64,000 nucleotides of DNA from Planctomycetota bacterium (GCA_038212275.1 JBBQUR010000018.1:1-64000), one strand, 5' to 3'; counted from the first letter of the stretch, positions 40,151 to 58,378 are shown. Numbers and translations are program-made. Notes: generated from the sequence alone by a model not told the origin.

Positions 40151-40815
40151 GACTGCTGCTCGCTCCGGCTGGGGACCTGCGGCGCGAAGTCGGCGTAACG
40201 GCCGCGATAGACCCAGGCCTTGATGCCGATGACGCCCTGCGGCGTGCGGGCCGTGGCGAATCCGTAGTCCACCCACGCGTCCAGAGTGGACAGCGGGACG
40301 CTGCCGACGGCGATCTTCTCGGTGCGCGCGATTTCCGCGCCACCGAGGCGCCCCGCCACGTTCATTTTCACGCCGAGCGCGCCCGCCTGCATGGTGAGCT
40401 GCGCGGACTTCTTCAGTGCACGACGGAAGCTGGCGCGACGCACGAGCTGCTCGGCCATGCTCTCGGCGACGAGCTGCGCGGAGAGCTCCGGCTTGCTGAT
40501 CTCGACCGTGCGGATCGCCACCGGCTTGTTGCAGATCTCGAACAGCTCCTCGTTGAGCTTGTCCACCTGCGCGCCGCGACGACCGATGAGCAGGCCCGGC
40601 CGCGCCGTATGGATGATCACCGTGACGCGCTCACGCGTGCGCTCGATGTCGATGCGCGGCACCGCGGCACCCGCGTATGTCTTCTTGATGAACTGGCGAA
40701 TCCGCTGATCCTCGAGCAGCAGCGCGGCAAAGTCCTTCTTGCCCGCGTACCAGCGGCTGCGCCACGGCTCGGTGATGCCGACTCGGAAGCCGATCGGGTT
40801 GACCTTCTGTCCCAT
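40147..40815 (-). CDS. rpsC: 30S ribosomal protein S3
   Basis: MGQKVNPIGFRVG, ARPGLLIG, GRLGGAEIAR. Confidence 0.98.
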   Translation of the reverse strand: MGQKVNPIGFRVGITEPWRSRWYAGKKDFAALLLEDQRIRQFIKKTYAGAAVPRIDIERTRERVTVIIHTARPGLLIGRRGAQVDKLNEELFEICNKPVAIRTVEISKPELSAQLVAESMAEQLVRRASFRRALKKSAQLTMQAGALGVKMNVAGRLGGAEIARTEKIAVGSVPLSTLDAWVDYGFATARTPQGVIGIKAWVYRGRYADFAPQVPSRSEQQS

Positions 40816-40818
40816 CGC

Positions 40819-41331
40819 TCAGCCTTCCTTCTTCTTGGTCGATTTCCTGGCGGCGGCAGTCTTGCCCGCTGCCTTGCCGGCAGCGGCGCCACGCGCCTTG
40901 CCTGCGCCCTTGGCGCTCGAGGCAGTCGCGGCAGCGGACTCCGCCTTCGAGCCAGCCTTTGCCTTCGCATCGGGCTTCGCCATGAGGGCCGCACCCAACT
41001 CGATGTAGATGTGACTCGTGCGCTTCTTGATCGGCATGGCCCGTCCGCGTGAACCCGCACGCCAGCGGGCGGATCCACCGAGCAGCGGGCCCTCGTCCAC
41101 GCGCGCCAGCGAGACGCGCAGGTGATTCGGGTCGATGTTCGTGTCCTGCTCGGCATTGGCAACGGCGGAACGCACCACCTTGCCCACCATCACGGCCGCA
41201 CGCTGCGGCGAGTGATCGAGCACGACGAGCGCGCGGTTCACCGGCATTCCCCGGATCATGTCCACCACGAGGCGCGCCTTGCGCGGAGCGGTCCGCGCGA
41301 AGCGATGACTGGCCTTGTATTCGGTTGCCAT
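40819..41331 (-). CDS. rplV: 50S ribosomal protein L22 with Ala/Lys-rich C-terminal extension
   Basis: PRKARLVVD.IRG, SAVANAE, VDEGP, KRTSHI. Confidence 0.95.
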   Translation of the reverse strand: MATEYKASHRFARTAPRKARLVVDMIRGMPVNRALVVLDHSPQRAAVMVGKVVRSAVANAEQDTNIDPNHLRVSLARVDEGPLLGGSARWRAGSRGRAMPIKKRTSHIYIELGAALMAKPDAKAKAGSKAESAAATASSAKGAGKARGAAAGKAAGKTAAARKSTKKKEG

Positions 41332-41634
41332 TTACTTGCTCGGTGCCGCAGGAGACGACGTCTTCATCGCCTCCTTCTTGTTGGTGTGACCGCGGAAGGT
41401 GCGGGTCGGCGCGAACTCGCCGATCTTGTGGCCCACCATGTCCTCGACCACATACACCTTCACGTGCGTGCGGCCGTTATGGACCAGGAAGGTGTGCCCC
41501 ACGAAGTCGGGCGTGATGGTGCAGGCGCGCGCCCAGGTCGTGATCGGCTCGCGCCGAGTCTCCTGCGACATGCGCATCACCTTCTTCTCGAGGTTGCCGT
41601 CCACGAACGGCCCTTTTTTCAGACTTCGACTCAC
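41332..41634 (-). CDS. rpsS: 30S ribosomal protein S19
   Basis: [25 protein letters not shown]. Confidence 0.98.
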   Translation of the reverse strand: MSRSLKKGPFVDGNLEKKVMRMSQETRREPITTWARACTITPDFVGHTFLVHNGRTHVKVYVVEDMVGHKIGEFAPTRTFRGHTNKKEAMKTSSPAAPSK

Positions 41635-41646
41635 GGGTTACCTCGC

Positions 41647-42474
41647 CTACTTCTTGCGCTTGCGCACGATCATGCGGCCGGACGTCTTGCGCGGATTGCG
41701 CGTCTTGCCGCCCTTGGACAATACGCCGCTGGGCGAGCACGGCTCGCGACCGGCCCCCTGCCGACCCTCGCCGCCGCCGAGCGGGTGAGCGTAGGGCGAC
41801 ATCGCCGAGCCGCGCACGTACGGGCGCCAGCCCTTGTGCCTGTTGCGACCGGCCTTGCCGATGGACACCAGCGCGTGATCGAGATTGCCGACCTGGCCAA
41901 GCGTTGCGCGGCACTCGACGTGCACCTTGCGCATCTCGCCGCTGGGCATGATCACCGTCGCGTAGCTGCCTTCGCGCGACGCGAGGCGGATGACGCATCC
42001 TGCGGAGCGGCCGAGCCTCGCGCCGCGGCCCGGCTCGAGCTCGACGCAGTGGATCTCGGCGCCGAGCGGCATCTTCGACAGCGGCAACGCGTTGCCGATC
42101 GTGGGCTCGGCCTGCGGACCGGACATCACCTTGGCGCCCTGGACCAGCCCGAGCGGAGCGATGATGTAGTCCTTGCGCCCGTCGGCGTAGTGCAGCAGCG
42201 CGATGCTCGCGGAGCGGCCCGGGTCGTACTGCAGCTCCGCGACCGTGGCCGGCACTCCGTCGTGGTTACGACGGAAGTCGATCATGCGGTACATGCGCTT
42301 GTGTCCACCGCCGCGGTGACGCGAGGTGATGCGGCCGTGAGCGTTGCGCCCGTAATGGCGGCGACGCGTTTCGATCAGCGACTTCTCCGGCCCGCCCTTC
42401 GAGAGCGCTGCATCACGCAGCACGCTTCCGGAACGGCGGCCTGCGGAGGTCGGCTTGTACTTGACGATGCCCAT
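41647..42474 (-). CDS. rplB: 50S ribosomal protein L2
   Basis: [32 protein letters not shown]. Confidence 0.98.
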   Translation of the reverse strand: MGIVKYKPTSAGRRSGSVLRDAALSKGGPEKSLIETRRRHYGRNAHGRITSRHRGGGHKRMYRMIDFRRNHDGVPATVAELQYDPGRSASIALLHYADGRKDYIIAPLGLVQGAKVMSGPQAEPTIGNALPLSKMPLGAEIHCVELEPGRGARLGRSAGCVIRLASREGSYATVIMPSGEMRKVHVECRATLGQVGNLDHALVSIGKAGRNRHKGWRPYVRGSAMSPYAHPLGGGEGRQGAGREPCSPSGVLSKGGKTRNPRKTSGRMIVRKRKK

Positions 42475-42759
42475 TTACAGGAACTCCACCGTGTCGCCTT
42501 CGGCCAGTGTCACGACCGCGCGCTTCCAGTCGGGGCGCCGGAACTTGCGCGGCCCACGACCCTTGAACTTCCCGTTGCGCACCATCGTGCGCACGTTCAG
42601 CACCTTGACCTTGAAAAGCGTCTCGATGGCGCCCTTGATCTGGATCTTGTTCGCGTCGGGCGACACCAGGAAGGTGTAACCGTTGTGGGCCGTGGTGATG
42701 TCCGTGCCCTTCTCGGTGATGAGCGGCCGCCGCACGATGTCATGCGCGTCGTTCTTCAA
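42475..42759 (-). CDS. rplW: 50S ribosomal protein L23
   Basis: PLITEK, ANKIQIK.AIE.LF.VKV, WKRAVVTL. Confidence 0.96.
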   Translation of the reverse strand: MKNDAHDIVRRPLITEKGTDITTAHNGYTFLVSPDANKIQIKGAIETLFKVKVLNVRTMVRNGKFKGRGPRKFRRPDWKRAVVTLAEGDTVEFL

Positions 42760-43424
42760 GCGGCACCACCCTTCGCGGACGCACCCTGCAGGGCGGCGCG
42801 CTTCGACACGGTGAACCGGGACATGACGGCCGTCCAGGCATCATCCACCATCACGAGCTTGCGGTGAGCAAGCACCTGATGGGCGTTGAGGTCGCTCGCG
42901 CGCACGACCGAAACCTTCGGGATGTTGCGGAAGGACTTCCAGAGGTTGGAGTTGTCCGTCGGAAGCACCAGACAGACGGAACCATCGCACTCGAGAGCCT
43001 TGAGTGCGGAGGCGGCCAGCTTGGTCGACGGCTTGGTGAAGGCCGTGGAGGAAAGCGCGAGCACCTCGCTGTCCCGGAGCTTGCCGGAAAGCGCCGTACG
43101 CAGCGCCTCGCGCAATGCTTTGCGCGGCACCGAAAAGCCGAAGTCGCGCGGACGCGGGCCGAAGATGACGCCGCCGCCGCGCAGCAGCGGCGAGTTGCGA
43201 TCGCCGCGCCGGGCGTTGCCGGTGCCCTTCTGCTTGTAGGGCTTGTTCTCGGTGTAGTTGGTCTCGCCGCGCGTCTTGGTGCAGACGGTGCCCTGGCGCT
43301 TGTTGGCCTCGTACATGCGCACGACTTCGCGCAGCAGCCGGACCTTGACCTTGTCCCCGAGCGAGGCGCCATCCACGTTGGCCGTGGTGACCTTCCCGCC
43401 GTTCCAGTTCTTGACGGTGCTCAC
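42756..43424 (-). CDS. rplD: 50S ribosomal protein L4
   Basis: RQGT..TKTRGE, KQKGTG.AR.G, GGGVIFGPRPR. Confidence 0.97.
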   Translation of the reverse strand: MSTVKNWNGGKVTTANVDGASLGDKVKVRLLREVVRMYEANKRQGTVCTKTRGETNYTENKPYKQKGTGNARRGDRNSPLLRGGGVIFGPRPRDFGFSVPRKALREALRTALSGKLRDSEVLALSSTAFTKPSTKLAASALKALECDGSVCLVLPTDNSNLWKSFRNIPKVSVVRASDLNAHQVLAHRKLVMVDDAWTAVMSRFTVSKRAALQGASAKGGAA

Positions 43425-44062
43425 GAGTTGCCACCCTTCGGCTGACGCGTGCTGAGCCGGACGAGGACGACACTGCCGTTGTTTCCCGGCACCGCTCCCT
43501 TGACCAGCATCTGGTTGGTTTCCTTGTCCACCGCGACGACCGCGAGGTTCTTGATGGTCACCCGTTCGTTGCCCATCTTGTTGGCCATGCGCTTGCCCTT
43601 GAGCACGCGCCCGGGGTGCGTGTGCATGCCGATCGAGCCGGGCTTGCGGACGTTGTCGCTGCCGTGACCCGCCGGACCGCGGCTGAAGTGGTGCAGCTTG
43701 ATGGTGCCCTGAAAGCCCTTGCCCTTGCTCGTGCCGATCACGTCGACGTAGCTGCCGACGGCGAACAGCGTGCAGTCGAGGACCGAGCCAACGGCCTGCT
43801 CACCCGCCGGGCCGCGCACCTCGCGGAGCGTGCGACGCGCCTCGACGCCGGCCTTCGCGAACTGGCCCGCGAGCGGCTTGGTGAGGAGCTTCGGGCGGAT
43901 GGTGCCGAAGCCGAGCTGGACGGCTTCGTAACCGTCACGCTCCATGGTCTTCACGGCCATGACCGTGTTCGGACCGAGATCGATGACCGTGATCGGGACG
44001 CGATTGCCGTCCTCGACCCAAGTCTGCGTCATGCCGCGCTTCTTGCCGATCAGCGTGTTCAT
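43421..44062 (-). CDS. rplC: 50S ribosomal protein L3
   Basis: GKKRGMTQ, DGYEAVQLG, SKGKGFQG, PGSIG, VKGAVPG. Confidence 0.97.
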   Translation of the reverse strand: MNTLIGKKRGMTQTWVEDGNRVPITVIDLGPNTVMAVKTMERDGYEAVQLGFGTIRPKLLTKPLAGQFAKAGVEARRTLREVRGPAGEQAVGSVLDCTLFAVGSYVDVIGTSKGKGFQGTIKLHHFSRGPAGHGSDNVRKPGSIGMHTHPGRVLKGKRMANKMGNERVTIKNLAVVAVDKETNQMLVKGAVPGNNGSVVLVRLSTRQPKGGNS

Positions 44063-44064
44063 CG

Positions 44065-44373
<309 letters not shown>

Positions 44374-44600
44374 GCTCGCTCGAATCAACCCGTGGCACGC
44401 CGGGCGTGGCCACTTGCTGCGGGACGGATGTCGCTCTCCGCCGCGACAACCGCGCCGAAGAGTTGCCGGCCTTGCCCCCGTTCCAGGGCAGGTCCGGTCA
44501 CCTCGAATGGGACCGGGAGGGCCCGACTTCCACTTTGACGTGGAGGTCTGGTCACCGGTCAGTCGGATCCCCGTGAGGGAATTCCCATTCAGGGTGAAAA
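44374..44600 (-). ncRNA. Candidate structured 5' leader of the S10 operon
   Basis: About 230-nt UTR between a strong promoter and rpsJ, with a long-range stem (44498-44512 with 44583-44597) and several inner hairpins. Confidence 0.45.
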
Positions 44601-44607
44601 GCGGGCG

Positions 44608-44635
44608 ATTCTAAGAAGCGCCGTCTCCGAGTCAA
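44608..44635 (-). promoter_or_regulatory. sigma70 promoter of the S10 operon
   Basis: TTGACT (44635-30) - 16 bp - TAGAAT (44613-08), with a T-rich upstream stretch. Confidence 0.75.
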
Positions 44636-44745
44636 AAAGAATCTTCGGGAAGTGCTGGATTCGAGACCCGGCAGCCGCCCGAAGGCCCCCCCGCTGCGGC
44701 GCCTCGGAGTTCGAGGACCGTGGGCGGCGGGCGACCGCCTTTCGC

Positions 44746-46800
44746 TCAGTTCAGCAGATCGCGGGCGATCCGGTCCGGCACGGGCTCGTAGGTGAGCGGT
44801 TCCACGGAAAACGTGGCCCGCCCCTGGCTGAGTGACCGCAGAGCGGTCGAGTAGCCGAAGATCTCCGACAGCGGGACGGAGCCCCGGACGATGGCCGGAT
44901 CGGCGTCGGTGACCAGCAGGCGCACCCGCGCCCGTCGGCCGTTGAGGTCGGCGTTCACTCCGGGCAGGAACTCCAGCGGGCACCGGATCTCGAAGTCCAT
45001 CACGGGCTCGAGCAGGACGGGCTGGGCGGCCGCGAGAGCCTGCTCGAAAGCCAGGTGTGCCGCATGCGCAAAGGCCGTGTCGTTGCTCCCTTGCTCGCGC
45101 ATGACGCCGCCGAGCAGCGTGACCCGGACTCCGGTGAGCGGGTAGCCGATCGCTCCGCCGCCGGCAACGGCGCTCTTGACGCTCGATTCGATCGCCGCGT
45201 GGAACTGCAGCGGCACCTGCTCCTTGTTCATCTGGTTCACGACGACGAAGGGCACCGCAGACGGGTCGGGCTCGATGCGCAGGCGAACGCCGGCATACAT
45301 GCTGCGCGTGGGCAGCACCTTGTCGAAAATCGCTTCGCCCTCCGCCGCCTGGCGGATCGTCTGGCGGTACGCGACGCGCGGCTCGCCCACGCGGATCTGC
45401 ATCTTGAAGTCGCGCTCGATGCGGTGTCGCAGGATCTCCAGGTGCAGCTCGCCGACACCAGAGATGAGCATTTCACCCGTTTCCGCGTGGTGCGACCACG
45501 TGAACGTCGGATCGTCGCGCGACAACAGCCCGAGCACGTTCACGAGCGCGTCTTTGTCCTTCACGCTCCACGGCTCGATGGACATCGAGATCACCGGCTC
45601 CGGGAAGTGCATGCCCTCCAGCACCACGGGCCGGGACTTCTCGCACAGCGTGTCACCCGTCGCAGAGACCTTGAGGCCCACGACGCCGACAATGTCGCCG
45701 GCTTCCGCGCGCTCGACCGCTTCCTTGTCGTCGGCGTGCATCACGTAGAGCCGGTTGACGCGCTCGGTCTTGTCCGTGCGCGGGTTCCACACCTGATCCG
45801 ACAGCTTGAGCGTCCCGGAATAGAGGCGCACGAAAGCCAGGTCGCCCTTGCTGTCCCACAGCGTCTTGAAGATGAGCGCGCAGAGCGGCCCCTTGGGATC
45901 GGGCGGCACCTCCACCGGCGCCTCGTCGTGCGGATGCAGGCCGCGCGCCGGCGCCGCCTCGGTCGGTGCGGGCAGGAAGGCCGCGACGGCATCGAGCAGC
46001 GGCTGGACGCCGATGTTGCGGAAGGCGGAGCCGCACAGGACGGGTGCGAAACTCGAAGCGAGCGTGCCCGCCTTGATCGCCGCCAGGACGGCCGGCAGCG
46101 GCGCCTGCTCCTCGTGCTGCAGGTAGACCTCGGTGAAGCTGTCCACCTCGTCGGCAAGCGTCTCGAGCAGCGTGTGCCGCGCGAGCTGCGCTTCTTCCAG
46201 CAGTTCTTCGGGAATGTCGCTCTCGATGATGTCCTTGCCGAGGCTCTCTTCGGTGAAGCGAAGCGCCTTCATCCGCAGCAGGTCGATGACGCCGCAGAAG
46301 GACTTCTCGGCGCCCCACGGGAGCTGCAGCGGCAGCATCCTCCGCTGCAGACGCTCGCCGGCATCCGCGACCACGCGATCGAAGTCGGCGCCGGTGCGGT
46401 CGAGCTTGTTCACGAACACGAGGCGCGGCACGGCGTACTTGTCGGCCTGATGCCAGACGGTTTCGCTCTGGGCCTGCACGCCTGCCACGCCGCAGAGCAC
46501 CACCACGGCGCCGTCGAGCACGCGCAGGCTTCGCTCCACCTCCACGCCGAAGTCCACGTGCCCGGGCGTATCGATCACGTTGATGCGGTGACCCTTCCAC
46601 GCGCAACTCGTCGCGGCCGACGTGATCGTGATGCCGCGCTCCCGTTCCTCGGGCAGGTAGTCCATCCGGGCTGTGCCCTCGTGAACCTCGCCGAGGCGAT
46701 GACCGCGTTCCGTGTAGAACAGGATGCGCTCGGTCAGCGTGGTCTTGCCCGCATCGATGTGGGCGATGATGCCGATGTTCCGGATGAGCGAGCGCTTCAT
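44746..46800 (-). CDS. fusA: Elongation factor G, divergent domain IV (probable recycling-type EF-G2)
   Basis: [39 protein letters not shown]; located in the str operon. Confidence 0.93.
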   Translation of the reverse strand: MKRSLIRNIGIIAHIDAGKTTLTERILFYTERGHRLGEVHEGTARMDYLPEERERGITITSAATSCAWKGHRINVIDTPGHVDFGVEVERSLRVLDGAVVVLCGVAGVQAQSETVWHQADKYAVPRLVFVNKLDRTGADFDRVVADAGERLQRRMLPLQLPWGAEKSFCGVIDLLRMKALRFTEESLGKDIIESDIPEELLEEAQLARHTLLETLADEVDSFTEVYLQHEEQAPLPAVLAAIKAGTLASSFAPVLCGSAFRNIGVQPLLDAVAAFLPAPTEAAPARGLHPHDEAPVEVPPDPKGPLCALIFKTLWDSKGDLAFVRLYSGTLKLSDQVWNPRTDKTERVNRLYVMHADDKEAVERAEAGDIVGVVGLKVSATGDTLCEKSRPVVLEGMHFPEPVISMSIEPWSVKDKDALVNVLGLLSRDDPTFTWSHHAETGEMLISGVGELHLEILRHRIERDFKMQIRVGEPRVAYRQTIRQAAEGEAIFDKVLPTRSMYAGVRLRIEPDPSAVPFVVVNQMNKEQVPLQFHAAIESSVKSAVAGGGAIGYPLTGVRVTLLGGVMREQGSNDTAFAHAAHLAFEQALAAAQPVLLEPVMDFEIRCPLEFLPGVNADLNGRRARVRLLVTDADPAIVRGSVPLSEIFGYSTALRSLSQGRATFSVEPLTYEPVPDRIARDLLN

Positions 46801-46801
46801 C

Positions 46802-46846
46802 GCGATGTCCTTCCGGGCGATGTCCTTCCGGGCGATGTCCTTCCGG
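46802..46846 (-). repeat. 3 x 15-bp perfect tandem repeat carrying the fusA Shine-Dalgarno
   Basis: Minus strand (CCGGAAGGACATCGC)x3, then G, then ATG. Confidence 0.9.
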
Positions 46847-47103
46847 CGAACGTCGGCGGTGCGCGACGCCGGGTGCAACGCATGGCAACCGGCGCCAGCC
46901 GTCGGCCCCACCGACACGATCGGGACGCCCGAGTGCCGCAGATGCGAGTCACCCAGGCACCGGTCTCGCAGGCACAGGCTTCGCGAGCGAGGGGGCTGCG
47001 CGCGGGGACGGCGTGCAGCGCGACGGCTGCTCTCAGCGCCCCGGCCGGCACCGGGCGCCGCGCGGAATGCCCGCAGCGCTGGATGTCGGCCATGAGTGAA
47101 CGA

Positions 47104-47577
47104 CTACCACGCGAAGTGGGCGTAGGCCTTGTTGGCCTCAGCCATCTTGTGCGTGTTCTCCTTCGTCGTGAAGGCAACGCCCTGCTGATTGAACGCGTCG
47201 TACAACTCCTCGGCCAGACGCCTGCCCATCGGCTTGCCCTTCTTCTTGCGGGCTGCCGAGATGATCCAGCGGATGGCCAGCGCCTGCTGGCGCTCGCGTT
47301 TGATCTCGTGCGGTACCTGCAGCGTGGCGCCGCCGACGCGCTTGCTGCGCACCTCGACGACCGGCTTCACGTTGTTGAGCGCCGTGCTGAACACCTCGAG
47401 CGGGTCCTGGTCCGGCACCTTGGTCGCGAGGCTGTCGATGGCGGTGTAGAACACGCCACGCGCAGCAGTCTTGCGGCCCTGGTGCATGAGGCAGTTGATG
47501 AACTTGCTCGCCAGCTTGCTCTGGTAGCGCGAGTCGGGCTCAAGGAAGCGTGCGGTGGATTTGAACTTGCGGGGCAT
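47104..47577 (-). CDS. rpsG: 30S ribosomal protein S7
   Basis: VEVRSKRVGGAT.QVP, HKMAEANKAYAH. Confidence 0.98.
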   Translation of the reverse strand: MPRKFKSTARFLEPDSRYQSKLASKFINCLMHQGRKTAARGVFYTAIDSLATKVPDQDPLEVFSTALNNVKPVVEVRSKRVGGATLQVPHEIKRERQQALAIRWIISAARKKKGKPMGRRLAEELYDAFNQQGVAFTTKENTHKMAEANKAYAHFAW

Positions 47578-47613
47578 GCGTGGGTTTCTCTGCAGCGCGG
47601 GAAGCGCGAGGGA

Positions 47614-47988
47614 TCAGGTCTTCGGGCGCTTGGTGCCGTACTTGCTGCGGCTCTGCTTGCGATCCGCGGTCGACGCCGCGTCCATGGTGCCGCGAATGAT
47701 GTGGTAGCGAACGCCGGGGAGATCGCGCACGCGACCGCCGCGGATCAGCACGATCGCGTGCTCCTGCAGCGTGTGCTTCTCGCCCGGAATGTAGGCGGTG
47801 ATCTCCTTGCCGTTGCTCAGCTTGACGCGCGCGATTTTCCGCAGCGCGGAGTTCGGCTTCTTCGGCGTCTGGATCTTGACCTGCAGGCACACGCCGCGCT
47901 TGAACGGGCACTTGTCCAGCACGGGCGACTTGGACCGATTGGGAAGCTTGGAGCGACCCTTGCGGACGAGTTGGTTGATGGTGGGCAT
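47614..47988 (-). CDS. rpsL: 30S ribosomal protein S12
   Basis: [28 protein letters not shown]. Confidence 0.98.
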   Translation of the reverse strand: MPTINQLVRKGRSKLPNRSKSPVLDKCPFKRGVCLQVKIQTPKKPNSALRKIARVKLSNGKEITAYIPGEKHTLQEHAIVLIRGGRVRDLPGVRYHIIRGTMDAASTADRKQSRSKYGTKRPKT

Positions 47989-48122
47989 GAGAAGTCAGGC
48001 ATCCCGGACGCGGAAAACGAGCCACACATTCGATCAATCGAGCCCTCGCCGGTCAAGGCTGAGGGCTGCATTTCGGCGCGGACAGGCCTGTGGTCGGGCC
48101 CTGACTGACGCCCGTGGATGGC

Positions 48123-48140
48123 GGCAGGGCTCACCCTGCC
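48123..48140. terminator. Small GC hairpin downstream of rpoC
   Basis: GGCAGGG-CTCA-CCCTGCC; no U-tract. Confidence 0.3.
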
Positions 48141-48166
48141 CGCCCCCACGCTTCATGTTCCTGTCT

Positions 48167-52291
<4,125 letters not shown>

Positions 52292-52331
52292 GTGAGTGTT
52301 CCCCGTGGAAGTCGCGTGATCTGACCCGAGG

Positions 52332-56012
<3,681 letters not shown>

Positions 56013-56128
56013 GGGCGGTCCCTGAGCGGAGGAAGGGGTCGCGGATCAGCGGAGACGCAACGGAACGCGGATCGCACCTGTGAGGAGCGTCCGCGAGTCC
56101 GTTGCGGTGAGAAGAGCCGGGGAGGTGA

Positions 56129-56536
56129 TTACTTGACCTCGACGGTCCCGCCGTTCTCCTCGAGCTCCTTCTTGATCTTCTCGGCCTCGTCCTTGGTGAC
56201 GCCTTCCTTGACCGCCTTCGGGGCGGCCTCGACGAGATCCTTGGCCTCCTTGAGACCGAGGCCCGTGATGGCGCGAACGGCCTTGATCACCTGAATCTTC
56301 TTGTCGCCCGAGCCCGTGAGCATGACCGTGAAGCTGGTCTTCTCCTCGGCCGCGGCAGCGCCGCCCGCCGCCGGAGCAGCGGCCATCATCATTCCACCAC
56401 CCGCGGCCGGCTCGATGCCGTGCACGTTCTTGAGGTAGTCGGAAAGCTGCTGGGCATCGAGCAGCGTCAAGCCGACGATCGAGTCGCCGAGCGTCTTGAT
56501 GCTGGCCTTGTATTCCATGGTGGCTGCGTCGGACAT
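56129..56536 (-). CDS. rplL: 50S ribosomal protein L7/L12
   Basis: [29 protein letters not shown]. Confidence 0.97.
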   Translation of the reverse strand: MSDAATMEYKASIKTLGDSIVGLTLLDAQQLSDYLKNVHGIEPAAGGGMMMAAAPAAGGAAAAEEKTSFTVMLTGSGDKKIQVIKAVRAITGLGLKEAKDLVEAAPKAVKEGVTKDEAEKIKKELEENGGTVEVK

Positions 56537-56601
56537 GTCTGATTCTCTCCTTGAAGAGGCCGTCTGGGCCTCGCGCGCTTGAAAAGGGTTGAAGTGTCGG
56601 A

Positions 56602-57159
56602 TCAGGCCGAAGGGGCCTGAGTTTCCAGGTTCGTGACGTGTGTCTTGATCGCTCCGGCAATGCGGCTGCCGGCGGCGCGGATCTGGCTGTTCAGTCGGGC
56701 GCCCGGCGCCATGATCTGGGCAACGATGCGACCCTGGACCTCGCGCTTGCTCGGCATCTTGTCCAGGCGCTTGGCCTCGGCCGGCGACAGCACGACGCCG
56801 TCGAGCACGCCGCCCTTGATCACGGGCAGCTCGGCGCTCTTCTCCTTGCGCCATGCGGAGACGACCTTGCTGGCGGCAATCGCCACGCAGTCCACCGACT
56901 TGCCGGTCTCACCGACGATGATCGCGGCCGGACCGTCGAAAAAGCCTTCCGTGGCGGCATAGCCGCGCGCGGCCAAGACCCGCTTCGCCAGCGCGCCCTT
57001 CAGCACCTGCATGCGCAGGTTGCTCTCGGCGAGCTGCCGACGGAACTTGCCGTCGTCCTGCACGGACATGCCGAGCGGCTGGATGAAGAGAGCGTCGAGC
57101 TTGTCGCCGAGCAGCGACTCGTACTCGGCATTGATGGCGACATTCAGTGTGTTCGGCAT
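56602..57159 (-). CDS. rplJ: 50S ribosomal protein L10 (divergent)
   Basis: Synteny between rplA and rpl[19 protein letters not shown]. Confidence 0.85.
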   Translation of the reverse strand: MPNTLNVAINAEYESLLGDKLDALFIQPLGMSVQDDGKFRRQLAESNLRMQVLKGALAKRVLAARGYAATEGFFDGPAAIIVGETGKSVDCVAIAASKVVSAWRKEKSAELPVIKGGVLDGVVLSPAEAKRLDKMPSKREVQGRIVAQIMAPGARLNSQIRAAGSRIAGAIKTHVTNLETQAPSA

Positions 57160-57181
57160 GGGATCTCTCCGTGGCGGCCGG

Positions 57182-57871
57182 TCAGGCCGCCGGCTCCACC
57201 AGCACGCCCGGGCCCATGGTGTTGGCGAGCGATACCTTCTGGATGAACTGTCCACGAGCCGACGCCGGTCGCAGCGCGTTGACCGCGCCGAGGAAGGCCC
57301 GGATGTTTTCGACGAGGTTCACGTCGTCGAAGGATTTCTTGCCGACAGGCGCGTGCACGGTGCCGGCAGCGTCAGCGCGGAACTCGATCTTTCCGGCGCG
57401 AAACTCCCGGACGGCCTTCTCGACGTCCGCCGTGACCGTGCCGGACTTCGGCGTCGGCATCTTGCCCTGGGGACCGAGCACCTTTCCGAGCTTGCCCACG
57501 CCACCCATCATGTCGGGCGCCGCGATGGCCACGTCGAACTCGGTCCAGCCGTCGCTGACCTTCTTGACGAGTTCGTCGGCGCCGACTTCGACGGCGCCGG
57601 CCTTGCGCGCGGCCTCCTGCTTGGCTGGATCCTTCACGAAGGCGATGACCCGGAGCGTGCGGCCGGTGCCGTGCGGCAGCGAGACCGCGCCTCGCACAGT
57701 CTGCTCGGTCTTCTTGGAGTCAATGCCGAGATTGACCGCGATATTCACGGTCTCGTCGAACTTCGGACCCTTGGCCTGCTTGAGGAGCTTGATGCCGTCC
57801 TCAAGGCTGTAGACCTTGCCGATCGTGACCAGCTTGCCGTTCGCGAGCACGCGCTTGCCTGTGGTGACCAT
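57182..57871 (-). CDS. rplA: 50S ribosomal protein L1
   Basis: KFDETV, VRGAVSLPHGTG, LGP.GKMP.PKSGTVT. Confidence 0.98.
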   Translation of the reverse strand: MVTTGKRVLANGKLVTIGKVYSLEDGIKLLKQAKGPKFDETVNIAVNLGIDSKKTEQTVRGAVSLPHGTGRTLRVIAFVKDPAKQEAARKAGAVEVGADELVKKVSDGWTEFDVAIAAPDMMGGVGKLGKVLGPQGKMPTPKSGTVTADVEKAVREFRAGKIEFRADAAGTVHAPVGKKSFDDVNLVENIRAFLGAVNALRPASARGQFIQKVSLANTMGPGVLVEPAA

Positions 57872-57930
57872 GCTTGACTTCTTCCTTCAATCCCGGCCCG
57901 TCGGACCGACTCGATCTGTTCGCCTTCGAC

Positions 57931-58356
57931 TTAGCCTTCGACCCGAATGCCCATGGACCGTGCGGTGCCGGCCACCATGCGGGCCGCCGCATCCACGTCG
58001 CGCGCGTTCAAGTCGCGCATCTTGATCTGCGCGATCTCGCGCACCTGCGCACCCTTCACGGTGCCCACGTTCTCGCTCGCGGCAGCGCCCTTCACCACGC
58101 CGGCAGCCCGCTTCAGCAGGACAGACGCCGGGGGCGTCTTCATGATGAAGGTGTAGCTGCGGTCGGTGTAGATCGTGATCTCGACCGGGATGATGAGGCC
58201 CATCTGGTCGCGCGTGGCGTCGTTGTATTCCTTGACGAACTGCCCGATGTTCACGCCGTGCTGGCCGAGCGCAGGGCCCACCGGGGGCGCAGGCGTGGCC
58301 TGGCCTGCAGGCATCTGCAGCTTGACGAGTGCCTTGATTTCTTTCTTGGGTGCCAT
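57931..58356 (-). CDS. rplK: 50S ribosomal protein L11
   Basis: [31 protein letters not shown]. Confidence 0.98.
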   Translation of the reverse strand: MAPKKEIKALVKLQMPAGQATPAPPVGPALGQHGVNIGQFVKEYNDATRDQMGLIIPVEITIYTDRSYTFIMKTPPASVLLKRAAGVVKGAAASENVGTVKGAQVREIAQIKMRDLNARDVDAAARMVAGTARSMGIRVEG

Positions 58357-58378
58357 CTTTGTTGCTCCGCGGCTCTCG

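Noticed and set aside
46801..46917. N-terminal extension MSVGPT...(RKDIA)3 on EF-G
   Set aside because: The ATG at 46800 has a well-spaced GAAGGA and matches normal EF-G length; the extension is the translated repeat.
48028..48056. Internal rpsL promoter TTGACC-17-TCGAAT
   Set aside because: The -10 lacks the conserved second-position A; plausible but not supportable from sequence alone.
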